Part shown: piece by piece, positions 12,079 through 23,700 of the stretch
Numbering within the stretch: the stretch's first letter is position 1
Layout of the letters: every line of letters begins with the position of its first letter
Made by a program: the position numbers and the translations under genes
From: Eledone cirrhosa
Lineage: Eukaryota
Direction of reading: 5' to 3'
Length of the DNA: 64,000 bases
Assembly: GCA_964016885.1 (NCBI GenBank)
Contig: OZ024740.1
Coordinates: 398,226,001 to 398,290,000 of the forward strand
The notes under the pieces: generated by a model
The model's database searches: none
Told to the model about the DNA's origin: nothing
Seen by the model: only the letters and a program-made list of their open reading frames with translations

Positions 12079-12194
12079 ACACAGTAACATATACAGACGC
12101 TATACTTCACTAACACAGACACATACACAGACCTGTGCTCAGAAAAGTACTCGAAATCAGAAAGACTTTGATTTGTTGCGATCGTTAACGGAAA

Positions 12195-12405
12195 GATCAT
12201 CATCATCATCACTAACACCATTATCGTCTCCATCATCATCATCATCAAGATCATCATCATCATCACTAACACCATTATCGTCTCCATCATCATCATCATC
12301 ATCAAGATCATCATCATCATCACCATCATGATCATGGTCAGGATCGTGATTATGATGATGATGATGATGAAGATGGCCGTCATTATGGCTATGATCATCA
12401 TCATT
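12195..12405. repeat. (CAT)n/(GAT)n trinucleotide region with a short internal duplication
   Basis: Directly visible. Confidence 0.85.
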
Positions 12406-13957
12406 ACTTTCGGCATCTACGATCAATAATGCTGTCCAATAAAAGACCATATACGAGGCCGTTCGACTTGCTAGAAATACTAGCCAGCTACCCCTCAAAT
12501 TACCCCTCTACACACTTTTAAAAATAGGACATGTTGGATGATGTAGTCCTAGGTACACTGTGTCTGAGAAATAAAAAGACACGATGGTCATGGTTCGAAT
12601 GTCTTCGATTAATTTCCCCTCAAGAATATGGTATATTAAATCTCCATTACGTTCCCTTTTCCATAAATTGGTGCACTGGGAATTTATTATTTACCTTTAT
12701 ACCTTATAATTATTAATGTGGTGTCGTAAATAAATATATACATATACACCAGGTCCAGACAGAAGTGGACCCAAACTCCTACAGTCACTTCCTTCGTCCC
12801 TCTCGCACTCCCCATCTCTCACTATTATAAGCAATTCTGGGCCCACGCGCTGGCTGCCCCGCGAACCCGACGGACAGAATAGAGAAGGCATTTCCCCGGC
12901 AGATGGTGAGGGAGACGCGCTGGATGTGCGGCGCAATATGGTCATGTTTCCTTCTACTTGCTTTTGAACTGTCTGTATTTCTTCGTTCAGAATGATTGCA
13001 ACCGTACGGAAGCAAGCATTGGTAGTCCAATACACATCGTCACGTTTTAATAGCAATATCGTCAATAACTTTTAACATGAAAATAGTTCGCTTGTTTCCC
13101 TACTCTCGTAAACCCCCCCCCCCACACACACACACACACACAAAAGGCCTGTTATTTAATGACAGTTTGGAGAAATTGGAGAAATTGGAGAAATTGGAGA
13201 AATTATTTTAATTTGGGTTTTTTGAATGATTTTAAATTGATATATCGTACAATAATCTCTCTGTCGAAACGGTGAAACGGTTTGTTTCATATGGAGACAT
13301 ATGCTGGTTATGTGATGATGATGATACTAATTATGATGGCGGCGGGTTGTTTATGTTTTGAGTAGCAAATTTTAACATAGGAGATATTGGATGGTTTTGA
13401 GTGTCTTCAGAAAATCATCTCGATCAGAGATGACTTCGGGTCAAGTTAAAACAACAGCAACAACAGCAACAACAGTAACAGCGATTCAATCAACACCATC
13501 CATCTAAAACATGTCACGTCATAGAGGTAAACGAAAAATAAATCGGACGTATTTTGGGTGTGATATAATAGGAGTAATGTTTCACTAATGTACTGGAGTA
13601 CAACAGCTGGGAGGTTGCTTTAAATTAGTTGGATTCGAAAGATTCATTTGGTGCAGACTTTTCACTTGTTTTATGAATCTTGGTTATTCTAGCTTTTGGT
13701 ATGTATCAGTCCCTGTAAGAAAGGTGTTCCTGCGTCCTCTTTCTTTCTCACTCAGCCCCTCTTTCTCTCACCCCCTTTGCCCCCCTCTCTTGTTTACCCC
13801 GCTGTCTTTATTCCACTCGCCCATCACCATAGTCACATTAATCTGCATCATGTTAAACTTCTAGCATTGCCTCTACCACCATCGCCAGCAAGTCTTTCGC
13901 ACTTCAACTGTTGTATTCATCTGTGTGTGTGAGTATATATATATATATATATGTATG

Positions 13958-13988
<31 letters not shown>

Positions 13989-14000
13989 ATGTGTGTGCGT

Positions 14001-14327
14001 GTGAAGGCGCGTTGCTTTGTGGTTAGAGAATCCGGATCATGATCGTAAGTTCGTGAGTTCGATTCCCGGCAGTGCGTTGTGTCCTTGAGCAAGACACTTT
14101 ATTTTACGTTGCTTCAGTTTGCTCAACTAGAAAAAATGAGTTGTACCTGTAATTTGAAGGGCCAGCCCTGTCACATTCTGTATCACGCCGAATCTCCATG
14201 TGAGCTACGTTAAGGGTACGCGTGTTTGTGGAATGCTCAGCCACTTGCACGTTAATTTCACGAGCAGGCTGTTCCGTTGATCGAATCAACTGGAACACTC
14301 GTCGTCGTAACCGACGGAGTGCCCTCC
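14001..14327 (+). mobile_element. CORE-type SINE family A, full length
   Basis: Colinear with 5059-5388. Confidence 0.9.
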
Positions 14328-14332
14328 ATATA

Positions 14333-14530
14333 CGAGGGTAGGCTGAAAGGTTCATAGAATGACTATGAAAGAGTGATGCTAGGGCTGTGAAATCTTGCAT
14401 GCATTAATTTCAACTCTTCTTATTAATAACTGCATTGTTTTTTTCCAGGCATTATGTTGAAAAATAAACCTCATTTGGTCATTCCATGAGAGTATCTTGG
14501 TTAGACTCTGAAGTTTTCTGCCGACCCTCG
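14333..14530. mobile_element. Tc1/mariner-type MITE
   Basis: Imperfect ~25-bp TIRs CGAGGGTAGGCTGAAAGGTTCATAG / CTCTGAAGTTTTCTGCCGACCCTCG, with TA on both sides. Confidence 0.75.
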
Positions 14531-14707
14531 TATATATATCAAACTGTGGTAATGTGAAACTCGGAGTAACGACAGTGTGAAATCTGTTTTAATTGCTGTT
14601 ATTACTATTAACTCTTTACAGTGGTACACATACATACATACATACATACATACATACATACATACATACATACATACATACATACATACATACATACATA
14701 CATACAT

Positions 14708-16927
14708 ACTGGAAAGAAAGGGATTTGGGGATGTGCTGAACAACTCCTAATCAACAAAACTACGATGTCGGAGGCGCGACAACTTAAGAGGATTATGGCT
14801 ACAGTCTGGCTGGACTACAGGAAAGCTTTCGATTCTGTTCCCCACTCTTGGATGATAGAGGCCCTCCAACTTGCTAAAATCCCAAACATTATTGTCAGAG
14901 CCATAGAGAGGCTGTCTTCTTCTTGGGCTACTATCCTAAGGTTGAAGACAGAGAGGGAGGACTCTATTTTCACTGATAAAATAAAATATCGCAGGGGTAT
15001 ATTTCAGGAGGACAGTCTCTCTGTGATATTATTCATCTTGTCATTAAACCCCTTGTCCTTTCTGCTCAAGAAATGTGAGGGATACATCATTGGCTCACAG
15101 GAGGACAGAAATACGAACCTAACCCATAATTTCTTTGTGGACGATCTGAAACTCTATGCCAAGAACATGGATGGGATGAAGAAAAATCTTGACCTGGTTA
15201 CAACGTTTTCAAAGGATATAGGAATGGAGTTTGGCCAAGATAAATGCTCATACATGACTGTAAAGCGGGGGAAAACAACAACCCAATCTAGCAACATTGT
15301 CATCAATGGCCTAACTGTTTCACCGATATCTGATGAGGACTGCTACAGATACCTGGGGATAGATGAGAACATATCCTATGACGGTATCTGTAGTAAGGAA
15401 CGCGTAACCAGGGATAACTACACCCGATTAAGAAAGATTTGGTCATCGGAACTCTCTGCGCAAAACAAAACAGTGGCTCACAATTTGTTTGCTGTGCCTG
15501 TCCTAACACCAACGTTTGGAATACTCAATTGGACGATAGACGAAATCCGACAGTTGATGTTGGAACTTGAAAAACACTAAACAACACCGGAAACTTCCAC
15601 ATCAACAGTGACATAGACCGCCTTTACTCGAAACGTAAGCAGGGAGGCAGAGGCCCACATCAGTTCAAACAGCAGTTGAATGTCGCATCATATCTCTCCG
15701 ACAACATCTACGAAACTCGAAGCGTTGGCGCCCGTCTTTCGAGCAAGTCTATCTGCATGAAACAGATAAGATCATGAGAGTTTGGAAGGAACTCCTCGAG
15801 AGATATTCCCTGTGTGATAATCAAAAACTCACACCCAGGGAAGTCGCTCAGCAGTATCGCAGTGAATCCATGGATGAAAAACTGCATGCTTATCAGCAAA
15901 AAAAATCATGCATGGATATGTTGCCAGGAAGCTCCAAAGTGAGAGTAATATAGATAAGGAAAGTAGTCTATCTTGGACCAACAACCGCTATATTGGCTCC
16001 CACTTTGAAGGATACGCTTTTGCAATCCAAGAACAGGAGATTAGCACGAAATACCTGATTCACAAAAGAGATAGGGATGCAGGCAAAACACCTAGATGTG
16101 ATAACAAGTGCAGACTCTGCAGAACTAACATCGAGGATATCACCCATGTCATCAGCAGCTATCCAAAGATGTCATCGCGGTACTATCTACCTATGAGGCA
16201 TGATGTAGTGGCCAAAACACTGTACAATGCAGTTAGTAAAAAAGATAGCCCCGATAATAAACACATTAAAAGCTACAGCAATGTGGAAGACATCCATGTA
16301 CATAATATGAAAGAGTACTGGTGGAATGTTCCAGTAACAACCCCAATAAAATGCAGGCATAACAGACCAGATATTATGATATTGGACAGGGAGAAGAAAG
16401 CATGAACAGTAGTGGAAATTAGCTGCCCAGCAGATGCCAATATAATATCAAAGATTAGCGAAAAGGAGAATATTTATGCAGAACTGATGAGAAATCTGCA
16501 GATACTCCACCCTGATTACACCTTCAGATTTATGCCTGTGATTATTGGGGCACTAGGGTATGTTAGTAACTGCCTCAATACAAATCTTGAGAAGCTGGGC
16601 TTCCCAGAACCGGACATAACACGACTACTTACGAAATTACAAGTACAATCCATTAATGGAACAGTAAAAATATGTAAAACATTCCAAAAATTTTGCATCT
16701 AATAACTGCATATACACATGTACAGATACAAATCATATACACATGACACATACAACTCAAAACATCCACATCCACACATACAATAACATCCATATCTACA
16801 CATGCATGCTTTCATACATAATCTACCTAGTTGATGTGTAAATTCCAAAGAGAGAGTCTTGTGTCTATGTTAGAAACCGACTCTCTCTCTATTGGTAAAA
16901 CTTTGTGAAATTATAAATCCAGAAGAA
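14708..16927 (+). mobile_element. 5'-truncated R4/Dong-like non-LTR retrotransposon (RT, zinc knuckle, RLE endonuclease), degraded
   Basis: RT motifs WLDYRKAFDSVPHSW, GIFQEDSLS, FFVDDLKLY and YRYLGI; knuckle CRLCRTNIEDITHVISS; nuclease NRPDIMILD..EISCP. Has frameshifts and an in-frame stop at 16403. The ORF ends at 16702. (TACA)n lies on both sides. Confidence 0.9.
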
Positions 16928-16944
16928 CATACATACATACATAC

Positions 16945-17545
16945 ATGGTGGCTGCCAACTCGTTTTCGACTACGGCAACTACTTTATATGTAGGAGAAGC
17001 CCTACCGATGCGCTGAACGAGTGTGAATTTTTAGTCCAGCCAGTGACTTGAAAACTCTGGTAGAAACCCTACACTTGTGACAATTATTGACAGTGCTGGG
17101 CCCATGGTACCATGTGACGGCAAGTGCAGAGAGATCTCCAGATATAAAGCAATGCTTGTGCCGTGAAGCTTTTATAGTGAGCAAAGGCACTGCACAAAGC
17201 CAGTCCCACTCTCTTAACCAAGATGATATTTACCAAAAAGAAGAACAAGTCAACATCATTGGATACCATCAGGGTTGCAGGTGTTATATCAGAATTTTCC
17301 TTCTCCTAGAATTCTGCCCTGACAAAGGCTAAGGAGTCATCTCTCCCGCTGATTTTGGATGGCCATTAACTCTTAAGAGCTCCTTTGCTCTTTGACAGGT
17401 TTTGTTTTTAGTCCTGCAGGATGTCCAAAGTCACCCTCCTCACCAAGAAACATTGGTGGGGTTGCCAGTTTAGTCGTCAACGACCCGACCATGAGACAGG
17501 TTGTACTGGGATACATGTTACCAGTAGCACCAACTGGTGACCTGA
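16945..17545 (-). mobile_element. Short non-autonomous RTE-derived element (5' UTR plus 3' end) with a (TATG)n tail
   Basis: RTE-like C-terminal finger C...RVFKSLAGLKIH.RSAHR. Nearly identical copy at 33205-33628. The 5' part is homologous to 18084. Confidence 0.7.
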
Positions 17546-17628
17546 CATACATACATACATACATACATACATACATACATACATACATACATACATACAT
17601 ACATACATACATACATACATACATACAT

Positions 17629-17730
17629 GATGGCTGTATCTCAATTTCGTGAAATGCCATTACTCGATCGACCTTACACATATGAGTATCAGGTACATGG
17701 CTTGCCAAGGACTTACACTCTTTTCTACGT
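17629..17730 (-). mobile_element. RTE-like 3' end fragment with a (TATG)n tail
   Basis: TGGCATTTCACGAAATTGAGATACAGCCATCATGTATG matches the 3' end at 18573-18620. Confidence 0.55.
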
Positions 17731-18083
17731 ATGCTGCATCGAAATTCTGATGCCTATGCTTGAAGCATTTTTAAATGAAGAAAGACCTTACATTTGACAT
17801 CATATAAAAAGAGGGGAGAGTAAAAAAGACATATAGAGAGAATTAACACAAGGGTTGAAAGAGGAGCATACATACTGACCAAATTGGCAAGTATATGGTA
17901 AGAAAGAATCAGAGGAAGATCACTAAAGCCAGAGTGTGCACCCACACGTCCATCTGCACACACAAATGACTAATTCCGTCTGCTTCATAGCGTTTCTATT
18001 AATTAAATAAACATATATGAACATATATATTCCTTTTCCTCAAATCCCTGATTTCTTTAATACGATAGTTATATGATTGTATG

Positions 18084-18620
18084 TCAGGTCGCTCTTCAGC
18101 GCTACTGGTAACATGTAGCCCAGTTCAACAAGCGCATTGTCGGGTCGTCAATAAATAAATATGGCAACCCCACCAAGCTTGCTTGGTGAGGAGGGTAATT
18201 TTGTACATCCTGCTGGATGAAAAACAAAACCCCGCAGAAGAGTCAACGGTCATCCAATAAAGTTTTGGGGGGAGTGTTTTGGGGAGAGCGAGAGACTTTT
18301 AGTCTTCATTAAGACATCTCTCTAGGAGAAGGTCACTCTGATATAAAACCTGCGACTTCGTTTGCATCTAATAATGTATACCAGTTCTTTTGGGGCAAAT
18401 GCATTCGATGTTCAGAGAGTGAGATTGGCCCCGTGCGAAGCTTTTCTTCGCGTAAAGTTCTGACATCGCTTGATATGTGACTTTTATTTTTTTTGCAATG
18501 CATGGTATTGCTGGCCATAGGCAAGTCCCTAGCAGGACTAGAAAGCCACGTTCATGCTTAAGTATCAAGAGATGGCATTACTCGAAATCGAGTTACAGCC
18601 ATTACGTATGTATGTATGTA
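18084..18620 (+). mobile_element. Second short RTE-derived bipartite element
   Basis: 5' end (TCAGGTC...GCTACTGGTAACATGTA.CCCAGT) is homologous to 17545 (-). Contains a KSLAGLESH motif, the shared 3' motif and a TATG tail. Confidence 0.65.
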
Positions 18621-18763
18621 TACACCCCTAAGAAAATGGACAATTTTAGTCAAATACAAGCGTAATGAATATTTATTTTTATTAATTCATTTATAGATTT
18701 TTATTTATTTACTTAATGTTACCCACAGTGTCAAACATACACATCCAAAATGACGCGCCTTTG

Positions 18764-18866
<103 letters not shown>

Positions 18867-19539
18867 AGGGTGAGGGTGTGTGTGTCCATGTGTGTGTGTG
18901 CGTGTGTACAGTTCATTATAGATTATTTCCTCTTCTACTGTTAACCATTAATATCTTCTTACCTATGCTGTAACTACCGTATAGGATATATTTAAAGATT
19001 CATTTCACCTTTTACACCACCATCACCACTCCTGTTTATATTACCCACTTAACATTATCTTTATATTTCTAGTTTCCTTTACATACAAACACACTTTCTC
19101 ACTCTCACAGACACACTCTCTCCCCTTCCCTGTCTCCCCTTTACTCTTTCTCTCTCACCCTCTCTCTCTCTCTCTCCTATATTCTTACTATTTCTGTTCC
19201 GTCGAGTCTCGTCTGTATATTTTCCATTTTCCAGACTTTTATGATTTTTTTATTATCTCTTTTCCTCTCTCTCACACCTACTTCTCTGGATAGAAGTAGA
19301 TGTGTCTGCATGCCAGTCTTTGTGTATACACGTGCATGCACTTGTGTGTGTCTGTGAATGTGTTTGGTAGTCTGTCTATGTATGTGTGTGTATGCATGTA
19401 AGGGTTTTCGAATATATGTCTATATCTTTTTTCATGTCTATGTGTGTATCTGTATAGTTGTGCATTTAACATTATTCTTTTATTAATTTACTGGTCTCAG
19501 TCATTCGGTTTGTATCCATGCAGGGACAATACACCGAAG

Positions 19540-19687
19540 CAGCGGTCGCCAACCAGTGGTCCGCGAGAAAACTTTGGCGGTCCGCAGAAAAATTTTAATG
19601 TATATATCTTTTTTAAAAAATCCATTTTAGTGGATTTTAAATTATGAATTTATTGGTCCTTGAAATCCGAAAGGTTGGCGACCGCTG
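19540..19687. mobile_element. hAT-type MITE
   Basis: Perfect 15-bp TIRs CAGCGGTCGCCAACC / GGTTGGCGACCGCTG with an 8-bp TSD CACCGAAG/CACTGAAG. Confidence 0.9.
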
Positions 19688-20055
19688 CACTGAAGATATT
19701 AATCACTGTTCTTCCGGACTTCATATACAGAAAACTGAATCTGGAAAATTCAAATTTCTATGAAATTAATTTTGAATATCTTGAAATTAGTTTCCTCTTT
19801 TTTTTTTTTTTTTCTTGACTCACTAACAGTTGCCGCTAGGTTTTCTTTGCTTCCTTCGGTTAAAAGGTAAATTTTAATTCTTTTCGAATTTTTTGCGTAT
19901 GTCATTCAATACATCATCATACTCCTGAATTATCTAACTTGAACTCATTGGCTCAATTTGAGTTATTTCGTTTACCTCACGTCTTTATTTATCGTTGTAT
20001 GCGTCTCTGTATGCTTGTGTTTGTATGTACCTGTGTTTTGTGTATGTCTGTATTA

Positions 20056-20087
<32 letters not shown>

Positions 20088-20469
20088 ACAAATTTGACAT
20101 AAATATCCAAGGGTTAGAATACTCAGTCCATAGGACGAGTTAAGTATAATTAATTACAACAGTGACATGTACAATACTTAAGTTTCGTTGGGTTATTCAC
20201 CCCAACACATTCAGCCTATCATACAAATAAAAATGGCTTCCAACCATGGAGATTTTAGAAAGTATACGAGAGTTCTAAGGGTAGGTAATCTCGAATTTAT
20301 CTATAAATAGACACATTCTTTGAATAATACAAGTGAAAAGATAACTATAAAAAAAAGTAGGCAATTTGTATTACACAGGGAGCCCAGGAGTTAAATTGAA
20401 AATTCGAAGAAAATAAATTGATTTAATCAGGCCTAGAACAAATTTTTCTTCATTATTAAAGAGTTCAAC

Positions 20470-20765
20470 ACCCCAGTGGTGATATGTGAAACAGAAATGA
20501 CCTCCATCAACCAGAACCCCCAAACTGAAGCCTGGACATGTGTAGGAATGCCTGAGAGCCAGTTTAAAAGCCGTTTCCTGAACCACGAAGCAACATTCAA
20601 ACATCTTGACAAAAACACACCATTAAGCTTGAAAACCAATGTGTGGAACCTCAAAAATAATGGCACATCGTTCTCCATTAACTGGGGGATACTGGAAAAG
20701 TCCACCGCCTATATCAATGAGACGAAATTTTGCCAACTATATAACTTGGAGAAGTGGAATATACC
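20470..20765 (+). pseudogene. Penelope-like element GIY-YIG endonuclease remnant
   Basis: TCVGMPESQFKSRFLNHEATFKH...VWNLKNNGTSFSINWGILEK...FCQLYNLEK resembles the PLE YIG...FK.R..NH...W.LK...W.I...C.LC..EK pattern. Confidence 0.75.
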
Positions 20766-20779
20766 CTCGCAACTGGCTT

Positions 20780-23700
20780 CAGATCACATGGCTTCTCGCG
20801 GGAAAAAGGAAGGACCATGTATATAAAGCTAGCCTGCGCAACAGAACCCCAATTTCTGTTGGTCTGACGTTGGAATAAGGGAACAAGAGAGCAATAGGGC
20901 ACGTCTATACCGAGACGGGAACAGTAGCAGCAGCAGGCGACAAGAGAACGGAAGTATCATCAGCAGCAGTGGTAAAACATGGGGAAGGGGTGATAGGGGG
21001 AGAGACAAAAATAGATATATTTCTTTTATTTGCCACTAGGGCATCAAAAGTGGGACAAGTACAAAGGGGGGAGTTTACACAAAAAGGCGTCCTCAATAAG
21101 GAGGAGGCAATAACAAAATATAAAAATAAAATAAGATATAACAAAAAATAAAATTTTTAACAAAATCCTCAATAGAGAGGAGGCGCCTTGGGGGGTCGCA
21201 CACACCCCCGAAAAAAGTGTGCAACCCTTCTCCTCAGGAGCACAGAGAAGGGGTGCTCCCTTGGTCTTTCATCTTCCTCACCTATAGTCTGATGTAGAGT
21301 GAAGGCCCATTCACACGGGCCATTCTCGCCACTTTCACCCATCTTTCATAGAAACGGCTGGGGTGCAGCACCTCTCTCTCCATCCTGATCCTTCTTCCAA
21401 AATGATATCGGAAGAAACGGACCAGTTGTTGGCCAGAGAGAAAGGTGCCCGACCTCAGTCCTTTCAGACGCGTCCACCATACAACCTCTTTCGCCATGGC
21501 TATTACGCACAGAAACACCGCCTCTGCTTCATCTTTGAAGGGGGGAGGCGGCTTGATCATTACAATAGACTCGGTGGTCAACCGGATCGGTCCCACCCTT
21601 GACAGCAGTTGTTCGACATAGCCCCACAGATCGGCTACGCCCGAGCAGTGTACTAATGCGTGTGCAACGGTTTCCTCGTCGCACACGCATCTGGGACAGA
21701 TCTTTTTGGCGGGGTCCCTACCCGGGCGCCCGTGTCTGTAGAGCCTTTCTCGAACGGGTAAAGCCCCTCGGTAGCACTGCCAGGCCAGGGACTTCTGGAA
21801 GTTGTCCATAGGTCCCGGGCTGAATGTCCTACCGAACAGGCTGGCCAGTTCGTCCTCCTCCATGTCTAGGGCTTCTCCGAGGGCGTCGTCGCACCTGCTG
21901 CGCACCAGCCCTCTATAGAATGTTGCGGTGGAGTCTCCACTGATAACCGGATCCGCCTGCCAGAGGGCGGTGAGCGCCTGGGCACACTCAGTGTGCCAGG
22001 CGCCCAGTTTTCTCGGTCTTTGCTTGACCCAGGATTGCAGCTCGGTGAGTGAGACGAGTCTGGGAAAGGTTCGTCTCACAAACGAGGCCCACACCGGTTG
22101 TCCGGTGAGGAATACGTAGAGGTGCCGTAGCCTTAATGCGTGTTTACGCATCATTAGCCACGGCATCCCCAGCCCTCCTTTCGAAGGGTGTTGACAGCAG
22201 ATGGATCTCCTCACCATAGGAGCCCGCCTCTTCCAAAGGAATTGGAAGAGCGCGCGCTCCATCTTGGTGAGCGTTTCCCTTGGGCAGGGCACTACGGTCA
22301 GGCGGTAGTAGATGACGGACGCTATGTAGGTGTTCGCCACCTCCGCCCGACCTTTCAGGGATAGTTTGCAACTGGCCCACTTCTGGGTCAGTGCAAACAC
22401 CCTGTTCGTAACCTCCGCCCAGTTTTTCTCCACCTGGGGGTCCGGTCCGAACCAGACCCCGAGCAACTTCACCGGGCCCTCCGTCCAGCGTCCGACGACG
22501 CCATCGGAGGGCATCGGTCTGCCCCTCCACGTGCCGAGTTGCAAACCGATCGACTTGTCCCGGTTCAGCTTAGCCCCTGTGAACTTTTCGTACTCCTCCA
22601 GTAAGGTGCCGACCGCCTCGATTTCGGAGGCCGTCGACACCATTACTGTCACGTCATCGGCGTAGGCCGACACCGCTTTCCGCAATCCCGGTTCCAAAGG
22701 GATGCCCTGCAACAACTCCAACTTCCGCAGTAGTGGCTCGAGAGTCAACACATACAGAAGGGAGGAGAGAGGGCACCCTTGTCGGATGGACCGCGCGATT
22801 TTGAACGGCTCCGAGAGGTAGCCGTTCACCTTGACCCTAGAGCAGATGCGGCTGCTGTGCATAGCAGTGATCCAGCCCCTGAAAACGGGTCCGAAGCCTG
22901 CCGCCGCTAGCACCGCATCCAGGTAACCATGGTCGACCCTATCGAACGCCTTAGATTGATCCAAGTTGATCAGAGCCCCACCAAAGCCGGGTTCGTTCCC
23001 AACCCTCTCTATGATGTATCGCATGAGGTGGAGGTTGTCATGGATGGACCTGGACGGGATAGCGCATGTCTGCGCATCTCCCACCAGGTTGCCCACGACA
23101 AGCGCCAACCTCTTTGCTAGCACCTTGGCCAAAATCTGTAACTCTGTATTTAGCAGTGTTATGGGCCTGAAGTTACTTATTTCGTCCCCCTTGTTCTCGT
23201 CCTTCCTCACTAGCGTGACTACGCCCTTGGTCACAGTACAGGGAATTCTCCCGTTCTGTTGCCAGTTGCAGTAGACCGCCTCGAGGAGATCGGGGAACAA
23301 GTCCGGCATAGCTAGATATAATTCGTAAGGAAGACCATCGAGACCCGGGGATTTGCGTTTGCCGCATTGGCTCAGCACGTCCTCTATCTCAGCGGCCGAA
23401 ATCGGCTCCTCGCAGGACTTCGCCTCCCTGTCCGAGAGGCGCGGCAGGCCGTCGAGGTATGGACCGAAGTCCACGTTCCCAACCGGCTCACCGCCCCTCC
23501 CGAACAGTCGGGCAAAGTGCCTTTGAAAGGCCTCACACATCTGCTTAGGCTCAAGAATCGCCCGTCCATCCAGGTCTCGCAAAGACCGGATGGTGGATTT
23601 AGTTCCACTGTTGGCCTCTGTCACGCGGGCCCAGCTAACAGCTTTGGTCCCCTCGTTCCCTAGAGCACGTATTTTACTTCGGACAACGCAGCCTTCGTGC

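Noticed and set aside
13168-13203. (TTGGAGAAA)4 as a telomere-like or regulatory repeat
   Set aside because: Only four copies and not a known telomeric unit; a trivial local duplication.
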